DNA of 64,000 nt from Vulcanimicrobiota bacterium (lineage in GTDB: Bacteria; Vulcanimicrobiota; Vulcanimicrobiia; Eremiobacterales; Eremiobacteraceae). The stretch spans positions 160,001 to 224,000 of the forward strand of contig CAWETU010000005.1 in the NCBI GenBank assembly GCA_963812135.1, given 5' to 3'. The position numbers and the translations under genes were made by a program. The notes beneath the pieces are model-generated. The model worked only from the letters and a program-made list of their open reading frames with translations. It was not told where the DNA came from and made no database searches. Below, piece by piece: positions 37,358 to 46,503 of this stretch (positions are counted from its first letter, which is position 1; every line of letters starts with the position of its first letter).

Positions 37358-38638
37358 TTATGCCGGCGCATGCGTGAGCTTGCGATGGGCGAGCGATTCG
37401 AAGAACGCGTCGATGCGGTTGCGCATCTGCGCCTCCGAGAAATAGCGAGGATCCTCCAGATCCGACTCGACGAGCAGCGTCGACACGCCGCGCTTCGTGA
37501 AATATTCGCGCATGTCGCCCTGGCCCGCTGAGAACAGCCGGCAGCTCTTCACCGAGTGGATCACGAGCGCGTCCGCGTTCCACTCCTCGAGATAACGCTC
37601 GATCTGATCGTAGCGCTGCAAGAAATTGCGGTTGGTGAGGTTCCATTGCAGCAGGTGCTCGGCTATGCTTTCCAGCGGCCGGTCAGGGTCGTGAACGAAG
37701 CCGAATTCCCACAGTCCGCCGACGGTGGAATATGTGGAGGCCACCGCGACGGCGTTCCAGCGCGCGAACATGTCGCGAAACTGTCGCAAATATGGCCACG
37801 GCGGCGGCCCTTCGATGACGAAGCGGACGTCCTCGCGCGGCAGCGGGCCCTGCCCCGCGTCGGCTTTGGCGGCGTATTCTTCATAGGCGGTTTTGAAGAA
37901 CTCGACGCCCGGCTGCGTGCCGCGCAGGCAGTAGAGCGGCGCCATCATCGTCACGGAATCGAAGTAAGCGTCATAGGGCGAGGGCGCGCGTTTTGTGAGA
38001 TGCTTGATCTTCGACCACAGCTCGCCGGTCTGCGAGGATAGGGAAACCGCTTGGCGCAGTTTGTCCTCGTCGAGGCGGCGGCCGGTGATGCCTTCGCAGA
38101 CCTCGATGAGCTGGCGAAGTTGGCGCATGACGTACTCGATGTCGTCGAGCGTCGGACTGCCGGATCGCGTGCGGATGAACGGGATATCGAGGTGGAACGC
38201 AGGCCGCTTCGTGTATTGCGCGAGATGGTCGAACCAATGCAGGTAGACGTTGCATCCGACGTAGTTGCAGAGGAGGAGATCCGGTTCGGGGATCGTCGCG
38301 AACGGCGTCTTGCGCCCTGAGAAATACAGGCCGATATCGGCTTTGACGTACGCGCAGTTGTCGGTCGAGTAGCCCATGCCTTCGGCCGCCTGGATGTGCC
38401 CCAACGATTGCTTCTTGACCGCGAGCTGCAGCGCGTTCACCTCTGGATAGACCGGTAGGATGTCGAACGCGCGCAGCAGCTCGACCGGGTTGCCGCCGAT
38501 CAGCAGGTAGGCGGCCTTTGCGCCGTGGCCTTCCGACGATGCGGTGAGCTCGCGATAGTACTCCGCCATCAGCTCCTTTTGGAGATGGTGCAGGCGGCCT
38601 TGATAATCAGCGGTTTGCACGGCGGCTGACTCCTTCAT
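37358..38638 (-). CDS. bcrB: Benzoyl-CoA reductase subunit B
   Basis: [36 protein letters not shown], matching recalled Thauera BcrB motifs. Confidence 0.87.
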   Translation of the reverse strand: MKESAAVQTADYQGRLHHLQKELMAEYYRELTASSEGHGAKAAYLLIGGNPVELLRAFDILPVYPEVNALQLAVKKQSLGHIQAAEGMGYSTDNCAYVKADIGLYFSGRKTPFATIPEPDLLLCNYVGCNVYLHWFDHLAQYTKRPAFHLDIPFIRTRSGSPTLDDIEYVMRQLRQLIEVCEGITGRRLDEDKLRQAVSLSSQTGELWSKIKHLTKRAPSPYDAYFDSVTMMAPLYCLRGTQPGVEFFKTAYEEYAAKADAGQGPLPREDVRFVIEGPPPWPYLRQFRDMFARWNAVAVASTYSTVGGLWEFGFVHDPDRPLESIAEHLLQWNLTNRNFLQRYDQIERYLEEWNADALVIHSVKSCRLFSAGQGDMREYFTKRGVSTLLVESDLEDPRYFSEAQMRNRIDAFFESLAHRKLTHAPA

Positions 38639-39810
38639 GCGAACAGCAGCGATTCCACGAACGTCTCTATTTCGGTCTTGATCTTGTCGAACAGCCACAT
38701 CTTCTCTTCGAACTCGAGGAAGACGTGCGGCACGTGCGCTTCTTGGAGCGCCTTGCGATACAGCACATAGTCGAACAGCGCAGGCTCGCAGAACTTGGCG
38801 GTGAGGACGACGACCGCGTCGGCGCGCTGCGCACGCGCGCGTTCGACCAGCCGCTCGGCCTTCGAATGACCAAGATCGTGCTTGAAGCTCGCGTCGACGC
38901 TGCGCCGCACATAGGCATCGGCCAACCGGGCGAGCGGCCGATCCGCGCCTGCGCCGATGTCTTCCGAAAAGAAACGCCGGCCAAGCAAGAAGTCGTCGTC
39001 AACGATGTAGCAACCAGCGCTCTCGATGGAGGCGATGAGATCGAGCGGCGGCTGCTCGCAGAACGATCCGATCAAAACGATACGGGCACGGTCCTTCGGC
39101 TTGCCGTCACGCTGCGCGAGCTGCTCGAGTGCGGTATCGAGCGTGCGTAAGTGCACGTCCGGCGGGACCACGTGCCCGTAGCGGACGAGCGCGTAGAGCT
39201 CACGCGTGGCGAGCAAGTGCGGCCGCTCACTGCGAAACACGTACAGCGCACGGATCCGCGCGCGGATGGCGTCATACAGCGCGATGCTCGATCGCAAAGC
39301 GTCATCGGACGGAGGCCTGCCGGTGAGCTCGCCCGCCCAGAGCGCGACCCGGGCATACTCTGCGGCGAGATAGTCGACCGCATCCGGAGCGTCGATGCGC
39401 TGCGGGAAGTGGATATAATCGACTTTGGTGTTCGGGAAGTTTCGGGCGTACACGCTGGCGAGGTTCCGGGCAGGGTCGCAGATCGAGTGGAAGACCAGCC
39501 CGTCGAAGTCATCAAGCCGGCCGGTCATGCCCAGTTCGAGCGTGCTCTTGACGATCGAGCAGATGAACGATTGAAAGCGCGCGTCGGCGTGCGCGATCTC
39601 TAACCGGTTGCCGCCGCCGGCCAATCCTACCGGCAGGGCCCCGGCCGCATGGAAGATCTCCACCGGCGAATAGACGGGGAAACAGCCCACGAGCGCCCGG
39701 CCGGGAACTTCGTGTTTCCACGCCTTCGCTTCGGCAAAGTCGAGCGATTCGATCGACTCGACACAGCGCTCGACGGTCTGGTCGAAGGCGGACTCGAGCT
39801 GTACGGCCAT
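38635..39810 (-). CDS. bcrC: Benzoyl-CoA reductase subunit C
   Basis: LDF..A..WK, PVY.P.EI.HAAG.LP, QSFIC.I...LELG, SICD..RNL, GSFCEQPP, FCEPAL. Confidence 0.87.
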   Translation of the reverse strand: MAVQLESAFDQTVERCVESIESLDFAEAKAWKHEVPGRALVGCFPVYSPVEIFHAAGALPVGLAGGGNRLEIAHADARFQSFICSIVKSTLELGMTGRLDDFDGLVFHSICDPARNLASVYARNFPNTKVDYIHFPQRIDAPDAVDYLAAEYARVALWAGELTGRPPSDDALRSSIALYDAIRARIRALYVFRSERPHLLATRELYALVRYGHVVPPDVHLRTLDTALEQLAQRDGKPKDRARIVLIGSFCEQPPLDLIASIESAGCYIVDDDFLLGRRFFSEDIGAGADRPLARLADAYVRRSVDASFKHDLGHSKAERLVERARAQRADAVVVLTAKFCEPALFDYVLYRKALQEAHVPHVFLEFEEKMWLFDKIKTEIETFVESLLFA

Positions 39811-39822
39811 GTCTCGCGCCTC

Positions 39823-40851
39823 CTACTGCGTCGGGATGATGATATTGCGCAAGCCGCGGCCGCTTCTCAGCTCGTCGAGGCCGGCATTGATCTCGTCTAA
39901 CGTGAAACGGCCGGTGACCAACGCTTCGACCGCGATGACTCCGCGGCGAGCCAGATCGATGATCCGCGGATAGTCGACCGGCCTGCAGCCGAGCGAGCCG
40001 CGCACGTCCATCTCGTTGAACATGAGCTTGGCCGCGGCGAGGGTCAGCTCGCGCTCGGAATAGCCGATGACGACAAGCCGGCCGCCCCGTCGCAAGCTGT
40101 CGAAAGCCGTGCGCATGACCTCAGGGTTTCCGATCGCTTCAAAAGCCACGTCGGCGCCGCCGCCGGTCTCGCGCTTCACGGCTTTGGCGATGGACTCGGT
40201 CTTCGAGGCGTCGATGACCGCAGCCGCGCCGAAACGCATGGCTCGCTCGAGCCGCTCCGCTTGCACGTCGACGGCCCAGACCCGCGCGCCGACGGCGGCC
40301 GCGATCTGCACGACGTTCACGCCGACACCACCGCAGCCGAAGACGACGACGCGCTGCCCGGCTTGCACCTCGCCGCGGTTGACGACCGCATGATATGGCG
40401 TTGATACCGCATCGGCGATGAGGCACGCCTCTTCGAGCGGCAGGTCGGTGGGCAGCGGCAGCGGGTCTTTGGCGGGCACGCGGACGTACTCGGCATATGC
40501 ACCGTCGATATGGTTGCCCGGCATGATGCCGCGCTCGCAGATGTTCTCGCGGCCGCGCCGGCACGCGTCGCATGCGCCGCATGTGAGGAGCGCCGGGATG
40601 AGGACGCGATCGCCCTCGTGCCAGTGCTCGACGCCTTCGCCCACCTGCGCCACGATACCCGATGCTTCGTGCCCCAGCACGAGCGGCGGCTTCTGGAACG
40701 TCGGCACGTCGTGATCGATGTAGTGCAGGTCGGTGTGGCATAGCCCGCATGCGGCGACCTTCACGGTGATCTCGCCGCGGCGTGGCGCCGGCACCGGCCG
40801 CTCCTCTAGCGCGAGCGGTTGGTGCGCGCCGTAGAAGACCGCCGCTCTCAT
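39823..40851 (-). CDS. had: Zn-dependent dehydrogenase, probable 6-hydroxycyclohex-1-ene-1-carbonyl-CoA dehydrogenase
   Basis: CGLCHTDLHY, GHE, CGACDAC...C, MPGNHIDG, ADAVSTPY, GCGGVG; operon context. Confidence 0.75.
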   Translation of the reverse strand: MRAAVFYGAHQPLALEERPVPAPRRGEITVKVAACGLCHTDLHYIDHDVPTFQKPPLVLGHEASGIVAQVGEGVEHWHEGDRVLIPALLTCGACDACRRGRENICERGIMPGNHIDGAYAEYVRVPAKDPLPLPTDLPLEEACLIADAVSTPYHAVVNRGEVQAGQRVVVFGCGGVGVNVVQIAAAVGARVWAVDVQAERLERAMRFGAAAVIDASKTESIAKAVKRETGGGADVAFEAIGNPEVMRTAFDSLRRGGRLVVIGYSERELTLAAAKLMFNEMDVRGSLGCRPVDYPRIIDLARRGVIAVEALVTGRFTLDEINAGLDELRSGRGLRNIIIPTQ

Positions 40852-41681
40852 CGGGCTCTTTCGCGGCGTATCGCCGCGTAGTCAGGCGCGCGCTTTTCGA
40901 CGAACGCCTTCATGCCCTCAGCTGTTTCGCTATGACCGAAATGGAGCGCCAGCCATTCGCGCGCGTGACCGATGGTCGCGTACCAGGCCTGGTCTTTCCA
41001 ATAGTTCACCTGCGTCTGCGTGTAGCTCAAGCAGCCAGGGAATTTGGCGAGCAGCTCGTCGCAGAAATCGCGGACCTCAGCGTCGAGCCGGTCGAACGGG
41101 ACCACGCGATTGACCAGTCCCCACTCGAGGGCTTGCTGCGCGGTGATCGGCCGGCACAGGTACAGCATTTCACGCGCGCGACGGTCGCCGATTATGATCG
41201 GCAGCCACTGCGTGGCCCCGCCCGCCGCAACGCTGCCGACGCGCGCGCCGACTTGCCGGAGCGTGACGTGATCCGCAGCGATCGCCAGGTCGCACGCCAT
41301 GTTCATCTCGTTGCCGCCGCCGACCGCCATGCCGTTGAGGCGCGCGATCGTCGGTTTGCCCATGCCGCGCAGCGTATCGATGCAGTCCTGGAACAGCACC
41401 ATGTATTTCCAGAAGTCCTCGGGCTTGCGCAGGTAGCGCTGTTCGTATTCTTTGACGTCGCCGCCGGTGCAGAACGCGGTGCGACCCGCGCCCGTGAGCA
41501 CGACGACGCCGACCTCGTCATCCCACATCGCGGTGCGCAGCGCCTCATACAGATGACGCAACGTTTCGGTCGTGTACGCGTTGTACGACTCCGGGCGGTT
41601 GAACGTGATCGTCGCGACGCGGTCCGCAACCGCGTAAAGGACGTCGGCGGTCTCGGCCGACGGTTGCGTGAGCAGCTTCAT
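40848..41681 (-). CDS. oah: Ring-opening crotonase, 6-oxocyclohex-1-ene-1-carbonyl-CoA hydrolase-like (short)
   Basis: YNAYTT, AFCTGGD.KEY...Y...P..F.KYM.LF, GMAVGGGNE; context between dch and had. Confidence 0.72.
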   Translation of the reverse strand: MKLLTQPSAETADVLYAVADRVATITFNRPESYNAYTTETLRHLYEALRTAMWDDEVGVVVLTGAGRTAFCTGGDVKEYEQRYLRKPEDFWKYMVLFQDCIDTLRGMGKPTIARLNGMAVGGGNEMNMACDLAIAADHVTLRQVGARVGSVAAGGATQWLPIIIGDRRAREMLYLCRPITAQQALEWGLVNRVVPFDRLDAEVRDFCDELLAKFPGCLSYTQTQVNYWKDQAWYATIGHAREWLALHFGHSETAEGMKAFVEKRAPDYAAIRRERAR

Positions 41682-42439
41682 GGAGACACCTCTTCAACGT
41701 CGAACGAGCGCTGGAAAATGGGCTTGCGCCGTTCGAGAAACGCATTGATCCCTTCGGCAGCGTCCAGGGTGGGCAGCAAATCCCGCAGATAGATATGCAG
41801 CGCGTCTTCCGTGGCGGCGGCGCCGAGTGCGCGTTTGCAACAACGCAGCGCATCGGCGGAGAGCGCGAGCAGGGCGTCACACAATGTTTGCGCAGCCTCA
41901 GCAAGCCGCTCGGCCGGCACCGCCTCGCAAACGATGCCCCATAGCTCGGCCGTTGCAGCATCGATGGGACGTCCGGTAAAGATGAGTTCGGCGGCGCGGC
42001 GCTCCCCGATGACCTGAGCCAGCCGTCCGCACGCGATCGGCGGTAGAGCGGCGAGCTTGATCTCAGGCAGCGAGAACGTCGCTCGATGCGAGCAGACGGC
42101 TAGATCGCAGAGCAACACCAACTCGAAGCCGCCGCCGATGGCCGGCGCGCCGACCTTCGCAACGGTGACCGGAGCCGCCACCTCGAAAGCGGCCGCCATG
42201 TCCCCGACGGCATTCAACATCGCGGGCGCGCGGTCGGGCAGATGGTCGGCGATCTCCATGCCCGCGCAGAAGGCGCGTTCGCCCTCGGCCTCGAGCAGTA
42301 CGACGGCGCAATCGTCCAGCTGACGGATTGCCTGGTCGAGGCTTCGCACGTCAGCGATATCGAGCACGTTGAGCGGACCGGCGTGCAGCGTGATCCGGCC
42401 CAAATCGCCCTCGCGTTTGACGGCAATACGATCGCTCAT
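41678..42439 (-). CDS. dch: Enoyl-CoA hydratase, probable cyclohexa-1,5-dienecarbonyl-CoA hydratase
   Basis: P.NVLD, AFCAG..I.DH.P, GGGFEL, PEIKL...PP, YL..L....DA.EG..AFLE.R.P; context. Confidence 0.72.
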   Translation of the reverse strand: MSDRIAVKREGDLGRITLHAGPLNVLDIADVRSLDQAIRQLDDCAVVLLEAEGERAFCAGMEIADHLPDRAPAMLNAVGDMAAAFEVAAPVTVAKVGAPAIGGGFELVLLCDLAVCSHRATFSLPEIKLAALPPIACGRLAQVIGERRAAELIFTGRPIDAATAELWGIVCEAVPAERLAEAAQTLCDALLALSADALRCCKRALGAAATEDALHIYLRDLLPTLDAAEGINAFLERRKPIFQRSFDVEEVSP

Positions 42440-43035
42440 GCGACGACCTCCGTCGCACGCGGCGACGTGATGATGCCGCGCATGAACAGGTCGCACATCT
42501 GACCGGCGATTCCGGCGACATCTGCACTCCCATCAGCGCGATGCCACATGGGAGTCCAGTTCATCATCCCGAAGAGCGCGGCGGTCGCCACGCGTGATGA
42601 GACGGAGGACGGCTGCTCCTGCGCGACCGCGATGACGAGATCCGATGCGCGGGCGAAGTAGCGGCGTCGCCGCTCCTGAATAGCGCCACGGGCCGGGCCT
42701 TCAAGTGAATCTATGCCCCAGAGCAAAACGCGGAACGCTGAGGGGTGCTCGAACACAAAACGCAGGTGGCCGCGAACGAAGGCGCGCAGCTTCGCCTCTG
42801 GCGTCGACGGTGACGCGATCGAGCGATCGAGCGATTCGCTCAATGCGACGAACGCGCGCGTGCAGATCAGTTCGAGGGCGTGCTGCTTGCTGGGGAGATA
42901 GTAATAGAGTCCCGCGATGCTCATGTGGGCGGCTCGCGCGATGTCGCGCATGCTCGCGCCGCCATACCCTCTTCGTGCGAACACCGCCTCGGCGGCATCG
43001 AGCGCCACGCTTAGTCGCCGATCAAATCCCGTCAT
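42436..43035 (-). CDS. TetR-family regulator (KstR2/PaaR-like)
   Basis: SMRDIA..LYYY..SK HTH and GMMNW...W C-terminal motif; ATGA overlap with dch. Confidence 0.9.
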   Translation of the reverse strand: MTGFDRRLSVALDAAEAVFARRGYGGASMRDIARAAHMSIAGLYYYLPSKQHALELICTRAFVALSESLDRSIASPSTPEAKLRAFVRGHLRFVFEHPSAFRVLLWGIDSLEGPARGAIQERRRRYFARASDLVIAVAQEQPSSVSSRVATAALFGMMNWTPMWHRADGSADVAGIAGQMCDLFMRGIITSPRATEVVA

Positions 43036-43055
43036 CCCACGCCTGCGCTTTCGTT

Positions 43056-43105
43056 CGAGCGTTCGTTCGAACTCACCATACGCGATGCGTGGACCGCCTC
43101 ACAAG
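43056..43105 (-). promoter_or_regulatory. Putative promoter and operator of the bcr operon
   Basis: TTGTGA-18 bp-TATGGT on the minus strand, followed by dyad CGAACG-AA-CGCTCG at 43056-43069. Confidence 0.55.
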
Positions 43106-43124
43106 AGGCAGATGAGCGGCTTAT

Positions 43125-43784
43125 CTAATGCAGATGCACTAGGCCGCTCTTGAGCGCCAGCACAACCGCTTCGACGCGCGTGTGGACGCCGAGCTTGGGC
43201 AAGATGTTCTGGACGTGGTTTCGCACGGTGCTGCGCGAAAGGTTGAGCCGCTGGGCGATGTCGTCAGTGCCCACCCCGGCTGCGAGCAGCCGGAGCACCT
43301 CGATCTCCCGACGCGACAGCGTCTCGTTGATGTGGCGCAGCGCGGCGTCGTCGGCGCGTCGCTCCGGGGCCGCCTCGGTCAGGCGCCGCGTCACTTCCGC
43401 GGCCACGCCGGCGAGATGCTTCGCAGACACGCTTTCGGTAAGCACGTGCACGGCGAGCGGCCGCTCGTCCTCGATGGTGACCGTCGTGACGTCCAGCCAA
43501 ACGTCCGACCCGTCTGGGCGGCGGGCAACCATCTCAAAGCGACGCGGTGCCGTCCCTTGCCGGCATAGCGCGACGACCGCGCAATCCGGACCGCACAAAG
43601 GTGCGCCCGCAGGCGTCAAGCCGTGCATCACCTCATGGCAGTGCCTGCCCACGGCTTCTCCAGCTGGCCGACCGAGAAGACGTTCCGCCGCATCGTTCCA
43701 CGACACGACGATACCCGCTTCGTCGATCGCGACGGTCGCCTCGGGGCTGGCGCCTAGCTTCACGCGCATGCGAGCCTGTGCCAC
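43125..43784 (-). CDS. PAS-LuxR one-component regulator
   Basis: WNDAAERLLG PAS motif; LSRREIEVL..IA..L..S..TVRNH..KLG LuxR HTH. Confidence 0.9.
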   Translation of the reverse strand: MAQARMRVKLGASPEATVAIDEAGIVVSWNDAAERLLGRPAGEAVGRHCHEVMHGLTPAGAPLCGPDCAVVALCRQGTAPRRFEMVARRPDGSDVWLDVTTVTIEDERPLAVHVLTESVSAKHLAGVAAEVTRRLTEAAPERRADDAALRHINETLSRREIEVLRLLAAGVGTDDIAQRLNLSRSTVRNHVQNILPKLGVHTRVEAVVLALKSGLVHLH

Positions 43785-43791
43785 TCCCTCT

Positions 43792-44250
43792 TCAAAGATA
43801 GTGGAGCACCAGCATTTCGGCCACGCACGCTGGTTTCACTTCACTTTCGCGCTCGACCGTCGCGAGAATCCGCACGCGCACACCGCGGGGCACTTCGGCG
43901 ACCTCCACGAGTTTGAACGTGACGCGCAGGCGAGACGGGATCAGCACAGGCGCGGGAAAGCGTACACGCTCGAGGCCGTAGATCACGGCAGAAGTGAAAC
44001 CTTCGACCTGCGCGACGGAATGCCAAAACTGCGGAATGAGCGAGAGCGTGAGTAGACCGTGCGCGACGGTGCTGCCGAAGGGACTCATCTTCGCTCGGCC
44101 CGTGTCGACGTGGATCCATTGGGTGTCGCCCGTCGCACGGGCGAAGTCGTCAACGCGGCGCTGATCGATCCCGAGCCACTCACTGGGCGCGAGCGATTGC
44201 CCCGCGAGCGCCTTGAACCCCTCAACGCCGCGAATCGTCGTCACGGGCAC
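43792..44250 (-). CDS. MaoC-family dehydratase
   Basis: FARATGDTQWIHVD, AHGLLTLSL, YGLERVRF. Confidence 0.92.
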   Translation of the reverse strand: MPVTTIRGVEGFKALAGQSLAPSEWLGIDQRRVDDFARATGDTQWIHVDTGRAKMSPFGSTVAHGLLTLSLIPQFWHSVAQVEGFTSAVIYGLERVRFPAPVLIPSRLRVTFKLVEVAEVPRGVRVRILATVERESEVKPACVAEMLVLHYL

Positions 44251-44285
44251 TCGTCCGCGACGGAGAGCGCTTCTTCCTGTGAAGC

Positions 44286-45725
44286 CTAGCCGGACGCCGG
44301 ACCAGGCGTCGGATTCACCGGCAAGAGGATCGGCGCTCGCGGCGTCTGGTTGAAATCGAACTCGCTGAGCAGATTGCCGAGCTGTGACGCGTTCTCACGC
44401 ACATCGGGTCGCCGATCGGGCCGTCCATCGGTGCGCGGGTCGATGCGCGCGGCGTTGAGAAAATCGTCTTCGATGAACTTCAAATAGGCATCGAAGCTCA
44501 GCGTTTGATGATCGATATAGCCGCGCCGCGCGTACGGGCTGATGAGCATGGCGGGCACGCGTAGGCCATAGCCGTTCTGATCAACCTGCGGCGGCGCGAC
44601 GTGATCGTAAAAACCGCCCCAATCATCCCACGCGAGGAAGATCGCGGTGCTGTTCCAATCCGGACTGCGCATGGCAGCGTTGATGACGCCGGTGACATAG
44701 GATTGGCCGGCGCTGACAAGTGCTGGCGGATGCTCGCTCACCGCGCCATCGGGCACGACCCATGATACCGCCGGCAGCGTACCCGCCTTCGCTGCGGAGT
44801 AGAAATTTGAAATGTCCTCGACGTTGCCAAGCTCGCCATCCTGCTTGACCGTGTCGAACCACGGCAGCGGGTTCCAGATCTGCGGTACCTTGCGCGTCTG
44901 CGGCTGCGGCGAACAGAACATTTGGTCGTCGGCGCAGTCGGGTTGCGTGCCCTGCGCGAGGTAGTACGCCCACGAGATGTGGTTCTTGTGCAGCAGGTAG
45001 GTGAGGTCCGTCCACGCATAGTCCGGCTGCGCGCCGCCACCACGGGCGGTCAGACGTTGCGGGCTCTGCAACTCGTTCACACAGCTCATGGGATCGGATG
45101 ATGCGCAGCGCGCGGACCAGCCCGAGACCATGAACAGGTGTTCCGGCAAGCTCCAGGACGAGTTGGGTTCGAACATGTGGTCTTGCAGCACGAAGTCTCG
45201 CGCGTACTGCCAGTAGTTGGGGATCTCGCGCGCGTCGTGATATCCCATCACATCCGGCTGTGCGCCGCCACCACAATTCGGATCGAACGCGCCTCGGCAA
45301 TGGCCTCTCCCACCGCGCTGCTGCTGGGCGATGAAGCCGTCCATCCTTCCGCCGTCCACATCGGCCGCCGAGTTCGACGCTCCGTGCGGCCCGCCGCTGT
45401 TGCGATCCGCGGCGTCGTGGAAGGGCTGCACGCAACCGCCGCGTTGCGGATCCGGCACGCAAGCCGCAAACGTGCCGCTGCCCGTTCTCGGAAGCCCGTC
45501 AGCGCCGGGGTACGTGCCGAAGTAGCTGTCGAACGACCGGTTCTCTTGCATGATGATGATGACGTGCTTGATCTTGTGGATGTCGCCGGGCGCGGCGGTC
45601 GCCGGCTGGCCGTGCAACGGAGCGGCCATCAGCCCGGCGAGCAGCAACATCGCGAAGTAGGCGGACAGCAAAACGCCTTTCCACCGGAACCATGAATAGT
45701 TGAGCTGGGCAACGAGCAAGAGCAT
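44286..45725 (-). CDS. Secreted phosphoesterase (phospholipase C/acid phosphatase family)
   Basis: [46 protein letters not shown]. Start uncertain. Confidence 0.9.
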   Translation of the reverse strand: MLLLVAQLNYSWFRWKGVLLSAYFAMLLLAGLMAAPLHGQPATAAPGDIHKIKHVIIIMQENRSFDSYFGTYPGADGLPRTGSGTFAACVPDPQRGGCVQPFHDAADRNSGGPHGASNSAADVDGGRMDGFIAQQQRGGRGHCRGAFDPNCGGGAQPDVMGYHDAREIPNYWQYARDFVLQDHMFEPNSSWSLPEHLFMVSGWSARCASSDPMSCVNELQSPQRLTARGGGAQPDYAWTDLTYLLHKNHISWAYYLAQGTQPDCADDQMFCSPQPQTRKVPQIWNPLPWFDTVKQDGELGNVEDISNFYSAAKAGTLPAVSWVVPDGAVSEHPPALVSAGQSYVTGVINAAMRSPDWNSTAIFLAWDDWGGFYDHVAPPQVDQNGYGLRVPAMLISPYARRGYIDHQTLSFDAYLKFIEDDFLNAARIDPRTDGRPDRRPDVRENASQLGNLLSEFDFNQTPRAPILLPVNPTPGPASG

Positions 45726-45819
45726 GTCCCTTTTGTTGTACTAGAAATAGGCTCTGTGCCGGGTTAAGCCGGAGTGAGAGGCCCCTGACGCGCGAGTGAG
45801 AGATCGCTCATATAAGACA

Positions 45820-45847
45820 GAGGCCCGGCGCTTTCGCGCCGGGCCTC
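45820..45847 (-). terminator. Perfect 12-bp hairpin, likely terminator
   Basis: GAGGCCCGGCGC-TTTC-GCGCCGGGCCTC; on the minus strand the loop is GAAA and TGTCTTAT follows. Confidence 0.7.
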
Positions 45848-45866
45848 GTCGCTGGTATGACTGGCG

Positions 45867-46376
45867 TCACAGCCAGGTCGGCTTCTTACCGGACGTGTTG
45901 CCGCAGTAGTACATGTGATCTTCGTGTGACACGTACCATGCGTGGATGTCGTAGTGAGGGACTTCGTAGCCGGGATGGCCGTGCGGTTCGAACCAGATAT
46001 CGACGTGATCGATCTTCTGACCCGGGAGCGGCTTCAGCTGTTCATTCCAACTCATGCCGTTTTCAAATGAGGTTTTTGCGACCATGATCTCGGTGAAGAT
46101 GGGCTTGCCATTATACCACCCATAGATCGGGCCGAATGGCAGCGTGCCAGGAACGGCATAATGGAAGCCCATCGTTGGGATGCAGCCCATCACTGGGACC
46201 ACGTTGGCTGGCAACCCAGGCGGGTGAGGCTGACCGGGCGTCATCATCATTTTGTATACTGCGGGTGTCATGCCGGGCGGTAACGCCGGTGGTTTGGCCG
46301 TATCGGCCTTCACTGTCGCTGTGACCAGCACGACGAGCGCGGCTACCGCGAGCGTTTTGAGAAAGGTCGAACGCAT
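45867..46376 (-). CDS. Secreted DUF5602/TTHB210-like protein
   Basis: Signal peptide; CIPTMGFHY, PFGPIYG, GHPG..VPHYDIH. Confidence 0.65.
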   Translation of the reverse strand: MRSTFLKTLAVAALVVLVTATVKADTAKPPALPPGMTPAVYKMMMTPGQPHPPGLPANVVPVMGCIPTMGFHYAVPGTLPFGPIYGWYNGKPIFTEIMVAKTSFENGMSWNEQLKPLPGQKIDHVDIWFEPHGHPGYEVPHYDIHAWYVSHEDHMYYCGNTSGKKPTWL

Positions 46377-46503
46377 TCATATCCTCCCACGTGTAAGTGT
46401 TGAAACATCAGAACCCGACTGACTACAAAAGGTCGTCAGCCGGCATTGGTGCTTTGGATAGTCGTTCGACCCAGGACGCGAATACCCCGCGCTGGTGCGC
46501 GAA

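Noticed and set aside
35738..39810. 2-hydroxyacyl-CoA dehydratase (HgdABC) or MqnL/MqnM interpretation
   Set aside because: Two distinct activator subunits, BcrB/BcrC-specific motifs and adjacent dch/oah/had fit benzoyl-CoA reductase better.
40848..41681. menB (naphthoate synthase)
   Set aside because: It has Oah-like motifs, sits in the bcr operon, and no other men genes are present.
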